Position numbers and translations under genes: made by a program. Positions 18,000 through 26,972 of a stretch of 40,054 nt of DNA are shown here, in pieces; positions within the stretch are counted from its first letter, which is position 1; each line of letters starts with the position of its first letter. The DNA comes from a bacterium (lineage in GTDB: Bacteria; Desulfobacterota; DSWW01). The stretch is from NCBI GenBank assembly GCA_040756235.1, contig JBFLZG010000038.1, positions 1-40,054 of the forward strand, read 5' to 3'. Below the pieces are notes generated by a model. It was not told the DNA's origin. It saw only the letters and a list, made by a program, of their open reading frames with translations, and ran no database searches.

Positions 18000-20708
18000 A
18001 TGAGCGAGAACCTCGTGAACATCCTCGTCGACGGAAGGGAACTGAAGGCGGTCAAGGGCCAGATGATCCTCGAGGCCGCCCGGGCGGGCGGCGTCCGCAT
18101 CCCCACGCTCTGCTACCATCCCCGACTGAGGAGCTCAGGCGCCTGCCGCGTGTGCGTCGTGGAGGTCGAGGGCGCCCGGTCGCTCGTGCCGGCCTGCGTC
18201 ACCCCCGTCGACCGGGACGGCATGGTGATCCGGACCCGGAGCGAGCGCGTGCTGGCGGCCCGGCGCATGAACGTCGAGCTGCTGCTGGCCAGCGGCAACC
18301 ACGACTGCCCGAACTGCGCCTCGAACGGCCGCTGCGAGTTGCAGGATCTCACCGAGGAGCTGGATATCGAGCACCCGCGCTTCCCGATCGAGCCGCCCAA
18401 GATCCCGTTCGACAATTCCAATCCCATGATCGTCCGCGACCTGAACAAGTGCGTCCTGTGTGGTCGCTGCGTGCGGGGGTGCAGGGAAGAGCAGGTGAAC
18501 CTGGTCATCGACTTCGGCTACCGGGGGCCGCGCGCCAAGATCGTGACCGGAGGAGACTCGGATTACGCGCAGTCGGAGTGCGTCTTCTGCGGCGAGTGCC
18601 TCCAGCTCTGCCCGGTGGGCGCCATCGCCCCGAAGCAGCGCATGCCCTATGGCAAGGCCTGGGAGGAAACGATCGTGCGGTCGGTGTGCACGTACTGCGG
18701 GACCGGCTGCAACCTGAATCTTCACGTCCTCCAGGGCCGGGTGGTCCGGGTCACCGGCATCGACGGCTCGGCCGTGAATCGGGGCCGGCTCTGCGTCAAG
18801 GGCCGCTTCGGCAACGACTTCATCCATCACCCGGACCGGCTCAAGAGCCCGCTCATCCGCGAGGGAAGCGGGTTCCGCGAGGCGACCTGGGACGAAGCGC
18901 TGGATGCCGTGGCCGCCAACCTCAAACGCATCCGGGAGGCGCACGGCGCCGACCGCATCGCCGGGTTCTCCTCGGCCCGATGCACGAACGAAGAGAATTA
19001 CCTGTTCCAGAAATTCATGAGGGGGGTCATCGGCACCAACAACGTAGACCACTGCGCCCGTCTCTGACACTCCGTCACGGTGGCCGGTCTGGCCGCCGCG
19101 TTCGGCAGTGGCGCCATGACGAACTCCATTGCGGAGATCGAAGACGCGAAGGTGATCCTCATCACCGGCACCAACACGACGGAAAACCACCCCGTCATCG
19201 CCACGTACATCAAGCGGGCCGTGACCCAGAAGGGTGCGAAGCTCATCGTGATCGACCCCCGGGCCATTCCGCTCACACGTTTCGCCACCCTCTGGTTGCG
19301 GCAGAAGCCGGGCTCGGACGTGGCCTGGATCAACGGCCTGCTGCACGTGATCCTCGAGCAAGGCCTCTACGACAAGGCCTACGTGGAGGAGCGGACCGAA
19401 GGGTTCGAGGGCCTCAGGGAGGTCCTGAAGAAGTACACGCCCGAATACGTCGCCAAGGTGAGCGGCATCCCGGCGGCCGACATCGTCGCCGCGGCACGGC
19501 TCTTTGCCGCCGACAAGCCCGCCTCGATCTGCTACGCCATGGGGATCACGCAGCACATCACCGGAACGGACGCCGTCAAGAGCCTGGCCAACCTGGCCAT
19601 GCTCACCGGCAACGTGGGCGTGCCGTCCGGCGGCGTGAACCCGCTCCGGGGCCAGAACAACGTGCAGGGCGCATGCGACGTGGGCGCCCTGCCCAACGTG
19701 TTCACCGGCTACCAGAAGGTCGGGGACCCGGCCATCCAGGAGAAGTTCTCCAAAGCCTGGGGCGCACCCCTTTCGGACAAACCGGGCCTGACCATCGTGG
19801 AGATCATGAACGCCGCCCACGAAGGCAAGGTCAGGGCGCTCTACGTCATGGGGGAGAACCCGATGGTGAGCGACCCGGACCTGACGCACGTGGAGGAGAG
19901 TCTCAAGAAGCTGGACTTCCTGGTGGTGCAGGACATCTTCCTGACCGAGACGGCCCGGCTGGCTCACGTGGTGCTGCCCGCCGTCACCTTCGCCGAGAAG
20001 GACGGCACCTTCACCAACACCGAGCGCAGGGTGCAGCGGGTGCGCAAGGCCGTCGAGCCGGCGGGCCGGTCACGAGCGGACTGGGCGATCCTGTCCGATC
20101 TGGCCGGCCGCATGGGCTCTCCCATGCCGTACCGCTCGGCCGAAGAGATCTTCGACGAGATCCGTGCGCTCACGCCCAGCTATGCCGGCATCTCTTTCGC
20201 AAGATTGGAGCAGGAGAGCGGCATCCAGTGGCCGTGCCCGAACGAGGAGCACCCCGGTACGCGCTTCCTGCACCGCGACCGCTTCACGCGCGGCAAGGGC
20301 CTGTTCCACGCCATCGACTATCTGCCGCCGCACGAGCTGCCCGATGCCTCGTACCCGATGATGCTCACCACCGGCCGCGTGCTCTACCACTATCACAGCG
20401 CCTCCATGACCGGGCGCAGCGAGGGCATGCTCTTCCGCTATCCGAACGGTTACATGGAGGTCTCACGGAAGGACGCAGAGAGGCTGGGCCTGGCCGACGG
20501 TCAGGTCGCGCGGGTGAGCTCGCGGCGCGGCGAGATCCGGATCCCGGTGCATGTCACGCCGGTCGTGGAGCCGGGGACGGTCTTCATCCCCTTCCACTTC
20601 TACGAGATGGCGGCGAACCGGCTCACCCACTCCGCCCTCGACCCGGTGGGCAAGATCCCGGAGTACAAGGTGTGCGCGGTGAAAGTGGAACCGTCGGCAG
20701 GCTGTTGA
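18000..20708 (+). CDS. fdhF: Selenocysteine-containing formate dehydrogenase alpha subunit (Mo/W-bisPGD) with NuoG/HydA-like N-terminal Fe-S module; TGA 19065-19067 read as Sec
   Basis: ORFs 16692..19067 and 19080..20708 are in the same frame, joined by NNVDHCARL-TGA-HSVTVAGL...GSGAMTNS; CTYCGTGC, PLRGQNNVQGACD, LTTGR, PEYK motifs. Confidence 0.93.
19078..19098 (+). promoter_or_regulatory. Bacterial SECIS element
   Basis: CGGTGGCC-GGTCT-GGCCGCCG stem-loop beginning 11 nt after the in-frame TGA, with GGTCT apical sequence as in E. coli fdhF SECIS. Confidence 0.85.
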
Positions 20709-20770
20709 AAAACGCCCATCTGCGGCGTTCGGCTCGTTTGTCGTTCCCGGCCTTCGCCGGGACAGGCTCC
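20698..20770. repeat. Left part of family A element; supplies the FdhA stop codon
   Basis: CAGGCTGTTGAAAAACGCCCATCTGCGGCG...CCCGGCCTTCGCCGGGACAGGCTCC; TGA 20706-20708 lies in the terminal repeat. Confidence 0.75.
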
Positions 20771-20838
20771 CCACCCTCAACCCTTTGATCGTGTGAGCCA
20801 CTCGTTCCCCAGGCTTCGCGCGCCGCTGGGGCCCTTTC

Positions 20839-20978
20839 GGAGATTGCGAGGCCTTGCGAAGCAACCTCCCGGCTCAGCCGAGCTCAGGGGGTTGCTTCGG
20901 TCGCCTCACGGCTCCCTCGCAATGTCCGCCACATTTCGCGCCTACGGGTCACGCGCTACGCAATCGGGCCGGGATGAC
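20839..20978 (+). repeat. Palindromic repeat family E (ATTGCGAG..CGAAGCAAC..GTTGCTTCG..CTCGCAAT), copy 1
   Basis: Near-identical blocks to 22286-22417 (GGAGATTGCGAG, GCGAAGCAACCTCCCGG, GGGGGTTGCTTCGGTCGCCT, ACGGCTCCCTCGCAAT, GGGATGAC). Confidence 0.85.
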
Positions 20979-21001
20979 GACTCCGCCGGAAAGCGCCGTT
21001 T

Positions 21002-21029
21002 GTAGGGGCGTATGGCCATACGCCCCTAC
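21002..21029. repeat. GTAG-type REP palindrome (family C)
   Basis: GTAGGGGCGTATGG|CCATACGCCCCTAC perfect 28-bp palindrome; its CTA is the stop of the minus-strand Fe-S gene. Confidence 0.85.
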
Positions 21030-22105
21030 TTGTACGCGCTGTAGTCCACGCCCCGCTGGCGCGCCCGCTCCGCAAGCCAGGCGTCCTCGTCCTTGGGCGG
21101 CACGACGTGCTTCTCGGGCGCCTTGCGGACGAGCCGGATGGCTTCGGACGGGCAGGTCGTCACGCACAGCCCGCAGCCGATGCACCGCTCCCGGTTCACG
21201 CTGTACGTATTGTCACCCTCCTCGATCGCCTTGATCTGGCAGCGCTCCTCGAGGCAGATGCCGCAGGCGGAACAGGCCTCCGGGTCGATCTCGGCGTAGT
21301 AGTTGGAGTTGGTGACGTTCGGCAGCCCCATGTTGATGGAGCGCAGCACGCCGCAGCAGCAGCCGCAGCAATTGCAGATGAAAAAGTGGCCGTTCTGGAC
21401 GTTGCTCGTGAGATGCACGAGCCCCGCCTCCTCGGACTTGCGGAGCACCTCGCGCGCCTCTTCCTTGGTGATGACGCGGCCGCCGAGCGGGTTGTCGTGG
21501 AACATTCCGGGCAGCGGGCCGAGGCCGAGGCACACCTGGAGCGGCTTGGCGCAGCCGTGGCCGAGCAGGGCCTGCTCCTTGCGGCAGATGCAGTCGTTGA
21601 CCATGAAAGACTTCGCATCCTCCAGAAGGTGCGAGACCTGCTCGTAGGGCAGGGCTTCCTGGCCGGCCGTGATCTCCTCCTCGATCGGCACGACGTGCAT
21701 GACCTGGGGGCCGTACATCATGAACTGGGCGCCCCAGTGCATCATGTACTCCTCGCACATCTGGGCAAACCCTGCGTCCATGCGGCGGATCTGGAACTCG
21801 TAAATCCCCACCACCCACGGGACCATCCTGAAGTACTTGGCGCCGCCCAGATCCACCTGCAGGATCTCGCCGCGCTCGTACATGGCGGTGAGCTTCTGTG
21901 CGAGGCCTTTGAGCGGCCGGCCGGTCCGCTTGGCGATCTCTTCGGCCGTCTCGGGCGTCAGCCTGAGGTCGCAGAAAAGATCGGCTTCCTCGGGCGTGAA
22001 GATGTTCTTGAGGATCTTGATTTCCAGGCCGCTGTCCGTTGCAGGGAAGCCGTTCGGCAGGGTGTCGAGCACGCCGGCGAGCTTCTTATAGATCTCGTCG
22101 CTCAT
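21026..22105 (-). CDS. 4Fe-4S dicluster domain protein with N-terminal HTH-like region (uncharacterised Fe-S family of anaerobes)
   Basis: CICR, ICNCCGCCCGVLR, CSACGICLEERC, CIGCGLCVTTCP; ATG 22105 with GGAGG RBS. Confidence 0.88.
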   Translation of the reverse strand: MSDEIYKKLAGVLDTLPNGFPATDSGLEIKILKNIFTPEEADLFCDLRLTPETAEEIAKRTGRPLKGLAQKLTAMYERGEILQVDLGGAKYFRMVPWVVGIYEFQIRRMDAGFAQMCEEYMMHWGAQFMMYGPQVMHVVPIEEEITAGQEALPYEQVSHLLEDAKSFMVNDCICRKEQALLGHGCAKPLQVCLGLGPLPGMFHDNPLGGRVITKEEAREVLRKSEEAGLVHLTSNVQNGHFFICNCCGCCCGVLRSINMGLPNVTNSNYYAEIDPEACSACGICLEERCQIKAIEEGDNTYSVNRERCIGCGLCVTTCPSEAIRLVRKAPEKHVVPPKDEDAWLAERARQRGVDYSAYK

Positions 22106-22149
22106 GGTCACCTCCGGGGTTGGTGGTAGCGGTCGCTAAGGGCCAGGCC

Positions 22150-22179
22150 AGTATAGGGGCTATCGCGAAGCGGGGTCAA
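22150..22179 (-). promoter_or_regulatory. Putative sigma70 promoter of the Fe-S protein gene
   Basis: TTGACC-18 bp-TATACT on minus strand ~45 bp upstream of ATG. Confidence 0.6.
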
Positions 22180-22208
22180 GGAAAAGCATGTCGCGAGCGA
22201 GCCCGACC

Positions 22209-22234
22209 GTCATTCCCGCGCAGGCGGGAATGAC
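22209..22234. repeat. Minimal family B hairpin
   Basis: GTCATTCCCGC-GCAG-GCGGGAATGAC, 11-bp perfect stem. Confidence 0.75.
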
Positions 22235-22285
22235 CCTGCTCCGGGGGATCCCGGCTCGCGGCCGCTCAAGCGGCTTCCGGTAACG

Positions 22286-22417
22286 GGAGATTGCGAGCGT
22301 GGCGAAGCAACCTCCCGGGCTCTGGGGGTTGCTTCGGTCGCCTACGGCTCCCTCGCAATCTCCGCAAGCTTCGCGCCCTCGCTCCGCCGGCTCAATGCGG
22401 CCTTGGCCGGGGATGAC
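22286..22417 (+). repeat. Palindromic repeat family E, copy 2
   Basis: Direct-orientation homologue of 20839-20978. Confidence 0.85.
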
Positions 22418-22482
22418 GGAGTATCCCTCAGACGGGCGCAGCGAGCAGCGCCCTGCAAGACAACCCCGGGGCGCAGAATCTT

Positions 22483-22506
22483 GTAGGGGCAGGGCTTGCC
22501 CTGCCC
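22483..22506. repeat. GTAG-type REP hairpin (family C)
   Basis: GTAGGGGCAGGGC-TT-GCCCTGCCC. Confidence 0.6.
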
Positions 22507-22536
22507 GGGAAAAGGACGCCTGCGGCCGCGCTCCTT

Positions 22537-24321
22537 TCACGTGTCCCTGCGCAGCCCGGTCACGAGGAGCGCGCCCGCGGGAGTCTCGCTGACGTACACG
22601 AGAAGGCGCGGGCTCCAGTGCGCGCCTGCGTCGCAGCTCGTACGGATGTCGATCACATACGTGGCGCCCGGCATGCGAGTGAGGTGGAGCAGCCGATCCT
22701 GGCGGCTCAGAGGGATCCCGGGCCGGGCGGAGGTACTCCAGGAGCTCGCCCGGCGCGTCAGCCGGCCCCCTTCGATCACGGCGGCCAGGCGGTAGCGGTA
22801 GAGCGTGTCCGCGCTGGAGTTGTAACCCCGTTCGACGGAGAGATCCCGCCACCTGAGGTCAGAGCCTTCAGGCCGCGCGCGGACCTCGAACCGGTCGAGC
22901 GGGTTGATCCGGCTTGCGTCGAGCCAGGTGCGGCCGATCCGGTCGCGCCGCGCGATGAAGACATCGACGACATAGCGGGCCGTCTCCGGTTCGTCGTAGC
23001 GGGCTGTGTCCACGATGGCGCGGATGTCCCGGTCCGAGAAAGAGGTGACGATAACGGCCGCCCAGAAGCCGTCCCGGTCCGTCATGCGCTGGAACATGGG
23101 ATTGGCGTAGCTCGGCTTCCATTCCTCGGGATCGAAGTCCTCCGCCCGGAAGGACCCGGCGGAAGCAAAGGTGACTTGTGCCGGACGCTCCCAGGGCTTG
23201 ATCCAGAACCCCAGGGAGAAGAAGGACATCACGATGTCCTCCGGGTCGACCAAATAGGCATGGCCGTACTTGGGCTCTTTCGGGTTGATGTTGCCCGACC
23301 CCATGCAGGCCGAGAAGTCGAGGAGGTAATGGACGAGGTGCCCCGTCGTGTTCCGGCCCACGTAGACGTCCAGGTAGTTTCCCCGCCGCGAGTCGGTGTT
23401 GTTGAGAAAGGCGGAGACGACGCGCAACCCTCTCAGCGGGCGCCGGTCCTGGTGGAAGACGGTGTCGTTCGGGTCGTCCTCCCGGACTCCGACCAGCGGG
23501 AAGGGGCCTTTGGGCTTCCCGGGCAGGAACTTGCTCGCCGTCGCCCGATACGTGCCGTCCTCCGGGCTGCGGGCCGCCAGGGCCAGGATCTCCCGGAGGT
23601 CTTCCGGGGTCATGAGCCGTTCGATGTTGTACCGGCCCCGGATCGTCGCTTGCGGGGCGATGGCGAGCCGGGCGGGGTCGATGTCGATCAGGTAGTACTC
23701 GGGGACGTGGTACCCTGCCGCGTACATGAACCGGGAGGCGATCATCTCGGTCGCCGTTCCCAGCTTCGGGTAGAGGGCCGGGTCGAGCTTGACGATGTAG
23801 CGGTCGCCCTTGCGGTCCTCGACCTGGAATCCGGGCTGGAGGCCCGACTTGCCTTCCACGATCGTGAGCGGCCCACCGGCGTCCGGTCCTCCTCCGGCGA
23901 CGTTGGGGCCGCGCCGGAGGTCCTCGAGGGACATCCTCTGCCATGCGTGCCGGTTCACGAACCAGGTGGAGTCCGGCACTTCGTCAATGGCGTTCACGTC
24001 CCCGGCCTCCTTGGGCCCCGCGAGCCTTAGCCAGGCACCGATCTTGCGGCCCAGGAACCCGGCGTCGAGCGCCTTTTCGAGCTGGTTGAACAGCATGGCA
24101 TCGACACCGTTCCAGACGATGTAGTTGCCTTCTTCCAGCTCCTGCGGCTCCGGAATGGGCCGGTCGTCGTTCGCCCTGCAGACCAGCGGCGGCTCGGGCG
24201 GAAGGAGGTCGGCAGGCAGGCAGGCCGGGGCCAGCCCCAGGAAGGCCGCCGCCGCCGCGGCGATCAGCGGTCCTCGCCGTCTCCGACATCTACAACCAGT
24301 CGCCACGTTGCCGCCGAGCAA
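22537..24321 (-). CDS. Exported (possibly lipo-) protein with HipA/PI3K-like kinase-fold motifs
   Basis: Probable TTG start 24321 after GAGGAG (start uncertain); RRRR + hydrophobic stretch ending LAPAC; GKSGLQPGF, YIVKLD..TEMIAS, NNTDSRRGNY, YLLDFS. Confidence 0.7.
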   Translation of the reverse strand: MLGGNVATGCRCRRRRGPLIAAAAAAFLGLAPACLPADLLPPEPPLVCRANDDRPIPEPQELEEGNYIVWNGVDAMLFNQLEKALDAGFLGRKIGAWLRLAGPKEAGDVNAIDEVPDSTWFVNRHAWQRMSLEDLRRGPNVAGGGPDAGGPLTIVEGKSGLQPGFQVEDRKGDRYIVKLDPALYPKLGTATEMIASRFMYAAGYHVPEYYLIDIDPARLAIAPQATIRGRYNIERLMTPEDLREILALAARSPEDGTYRATASKFLPGKPKGPFPLVGVREDDPNDTVFHQDRRPLRGLRVVSAFLNNTDSRRGNYLDVYVGRNTTGHLVHYLLDFSACMGSGNINPKEPKYGHAYLVDPEDIVMSFFSLGFWIKPWERPAQVTFASAGSFRAEDFDPEEWKPSYANPMFQRMTDRDGFWAAVIVTSFSDRDIRAIVDTARYDEPETARYVVDVFIARRDRIGRTWLDASRINPLDRFEVRARPEGSDLRWRDLSVERGYNSSADTLYRYRLAAVIEGGRLTRRASSWSTSARPGIPLSRQDRLLHLTRMPGATYVIDIRTSCDAGAHWSPRLLVYVSETPAGALLVTGLRRDT

Positions 24322-24359
24322 AGCAACTCCTCGCCAACTTGTGAATGCGTGTCGCAAGC

Positions 24360-25697
24360 TCAAAAGGCCTGGCTCAACTTGATCAGGCCCACCACTCCCT
24401 CGTCGCTCACTGCGAGCTGGGTTCGAAGGAGAAACCGGGATCGGGTCGAGAACTGTGCGCCCACCCCTGCGGACCAGCGGAAGGCTTCCCAGCGGATGTC
24501 TCCGTATTGGTGAAAGACTTGGCCTTCGTCGAGAAAGACCGTTCCCTCCCACGTGTCCCAGACGGGGTAGCGGTACTCCAGGTTGAAGAGCACGGCCCCG
24601 CGGTCGCGAAACCTCCCTCTCGTGTACCCGCGCAGCCCGGTGTCTTCGTCGAGGGCGGGCTGCCAGTAAAAGGGAACTCCGTCGCCCCTGTGGAGAGGTT
24701 CGGTCCGAATGACCAGGGCCCGCACGACCAGGGTTCGCAGGAAGGCGAAGAGCTGCTGGTAGCGCTGGAGCTCCATCGAGTAACGAAAGAAGCGCAGGTC
24801 CCTGCCGGCCTCGTCCTCTCCCCGGACGTTTCCGACCGCGCCTCCGCGCAGGTCCGCAACCCAGCCCCGGGTCGCGCGGAAGGCGCTGTTGCGGCTGTCC
24901 AGATAGATGTAGCCTTCCGTGCCGACGTACCGGATGTAATCGTCGCTCATGCCTTCCAGCTCCCGGGGGGCTGGCCTGTCCCCGCTCCCTCCGGCCCTTA
25001 CGGCCGCGTAGCGGAAGACTGCGCCCAGCCTCCAGGTGGGCGTCAGCCGGTAGCCCACGTCCAGCGAGCCGGTCGCCTGGTCCAGGTCGTAGTTGCGCTC
25101 GTCATCGGGACCGACCCCCTGGCCGGTCGTGAACGCCCCATCCCGCAGGCTGAGGAAGACGTCCTGATCGTTGATTTCCTGGTACAGGAAGTCGAACTGC
25201 GCGACGAACGGCGTCTCGAGAACGGCCGGATCCAGGACCGCAAGCTCGACCTCGATCGTCTCCGGGCCGCCCAGAAAGGAAAAGCTCACCTCTTTGCCCC
25301 GGCGGAACAGATCATGATGGAAGACGTTTCCCCCCAGGGCGAAACCGGTCTTGCCGCCGAAGGAGGCGTTGGGCAGCCATCCGGCGGTCTGCTCGTCGTT
25401 GAAGTAGAGGACGTCCAGGACCCGGTCGACCAGGGCGATGCGCTCCGCGAAGATCAGAAAGCGCTTGACCGGCTCCTTGAAGGGTATCAACAGGTAGCTG
25501 GGCGCGTGGAGGACCTTGCGCAGCAGATTCTCTTCTGAACGAAACGGGGATCGCTCACTCGCCTCGTCGGCCGCCTGTGTGAATGCGCCGGCCTCCGGTT
25601 CGATCTCCCGCGGCTCGGTCTCCGCCCTCCCCTCCGCCGCAGGGTGGCTCGCGGCCAGGCAGGTGATGGCCGCCAGGCTGATCAGGAGCATGCGCAT
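24360..25697 (-). CDS. BamA/TamA (Omp85) family outer-membrane beta-barrel without POTRA domains
   Basis: Signal peptide MRMLLISLAAITCLAASHPAA; LDSRN..F.ATRG; L6 motif LRGY..GRFRD; NLEYRYP; C-terminal beta-signal KLSQAF. Confidence 0.88.
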   Translation of the reverse strand: MRMLLISLAAITCLAASHPAAEGRAETEPREIEPEAGAFTQAADEASERSPFRSEENLLRKVLHAPSYLLIPFKEPVKRFLIFAERIALVDRVLDVLYFNDEQTAGWLPNASFGGKTGFALGGNVFHHDLFRRGKEVSFSFLGGPETIEVELAVLDPAVLETPFVAQFDFLYQEINDQDVFLSLRDGAFTTGQGVGPDDERNYDLDQATGSLDVGYRLTPTWRLGAVFRYAAVRAGGSGDRPAPRELEGMSDDYIRYVGTEGYIYLDSRNSAFRATRGWVADLRGGAVGNVRGEDEAGRDLRFFRYSMELQRYQQLFAFLRTLVVRALVIRTEPLHRGDGVPFYWQPALDEDTGLRGYTRGRFRDRGAVLFNLEYRYPVWDTWEGTVFLDEGQVFHQYGDIRWEAFRWSAGVGAQFSTRSRFLLRTQLAVSDEGVVGLIKLSQAF

Positions 25698-25818
25698 GAG
25701 GCGTTTCTCCTCGCAGCGCGGACGACCCCGGGCTGCGCCTCGTCCTCCGGCGTCCGGACGCCTCCATCCGGCTCGAGGCGCCCCCCTCGCCGGAGCCCCG
25801 CCATGCTTCCCGGCCCGG

Positions 25819-26736
25819 TCAGAACGCGCAGGAGAAGGCGAAGCCGCCCCCGTCCGGAGCCAGGATCGGCAGCACCATGACGGCTTGCTCCGGTCGGCCG
25901 GCGGGCTTCTTGGCCTGCTCCTCGTCCTCCTCCGGCTCCCGGCTCCGCTCCCGCACGCGGATGACGGCCTGTGCCGCGCTCAGGCCCAGGATGGTTCCGC
26001 CTATGCTGTCGGCCAGATAGTGATCTCCGTTGCCAAGCCGCTGGTAGGAGACGCCTGCCGAGACCAGGTAGAGAGGAATCCCGACGGCCTTGCCGAAGTG
26101 GTGGTCGATCAGTCTGACGATGCCCACGGACATGGCCGCATGCCCGGAAGGGAACGAGGAGGTGGACTTCAATCCGAAGGCGAGATCTTCCTCCCCGTTC
26201 GGCCTGGGCCGGTCGCCGATGAAACGCATGGCGAGCAGTTGCGGATAGGCGGTCATCGAGAAAGTGGCCATGTCGATCGCAAGGTCTGCGGCCTCGTCGT
26301 TGTGGAAATGACGGGCCGCGATATAGAGCGGAACGGCGAACAGCGGGAAGAACCTGCCGCCGGCGTGGTCCAGGGCCGTGTCCGCGATGGTGTCTTTTCC
26401 GATCCGGTTCCTGCGGAAGAAGTCGGAGACCTCCCGCTCCTCGATGAAGGAGAGCCCGAGGAGGGGTGCGGTCATCAGATGAAAACGGATCCCTTCGCGG
26501 CTGATCCATTGCTCCTTGAGAACGGACGGGACGCGGAAGAAGACGTCGCGGAGGTCATGCCGGAGGGAACGTTGCGCCTCGTCGCACACCGGGGACGGTT
26601 CCTGAGGCGGGCCCTGCGCTTCGTTCGGGGAGGAGGGGGATGGAACGCCAGCGGCTTGCGTCCAGGCCGGAATGAGCGCAAGGAGGAGGAAAGCCGCCGC
26701 GGCCGCGACCGCCGCCGCGCAGACACGGTTCGCCAT
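25819..26736 (-). CDS. PAP2-family phosphatase with N-terminal signal peptide
   Basis: C1 RFIGDRPRP, C2 SFPSGH, C3 QRLGNGDHYLAD; ATG 26736 followed by Ala/Leu-rich signal. Confidence 0.85.
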   Translation of the reverse strand: MANRVCAAAVAAAAAFLLLALIPAWTQAAGVPSPSSPNEAQGPPQEPSPVCDEAQRSLRHDLRDVFFRVPSVLKEQWISREGIRFHLMTAPLLGLSFIEEREVSDFFRRNRIGKDTIADTALDHAGGRFFPLFAVPLYIAARHFHNDEAADLAIDMATFSMTAYPQLLAMRFIGDRPRPNGEEDLAFGLKSTSSFPSGHAAMSVGIVRLIDHHFGKAVGIPLYLVSAGVSYQRLGNGDHYLADSIGGTILGLSAAQAVIRVRERSREPEEDEEQAKKPAGRPEQAVMVLPILAPDGGGFAFSCAF

Positions 26737-26972
26737 TCCGGCCCTCCCCGTCCGGTGGAGTCCGGCCGACGTCAGGTTCGCCGGCCGGATGTCGGCCCGA
26801 AAGGAGAGCCCGATCGGGCGTCTGGATCTGCGTTTTCTTTTTCCGGTCGCACCGTACGATCGATGGCACGGACCGGCCCCTCGATGTGACAACAGATGCC
26901 GCGGCGGCCCGATTCGTTTCCCGCCCGGCACGTGCCCCTCAGGAAGGTAGATGGCCGTTTATCGCCAGCCTC

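Noticed and set aside
19065..19067. fdhA as a pseudogene or two separate genes
   Set aside because: TGA is at the conserved Sec position, in frame, and followed by a SECIS hairpin
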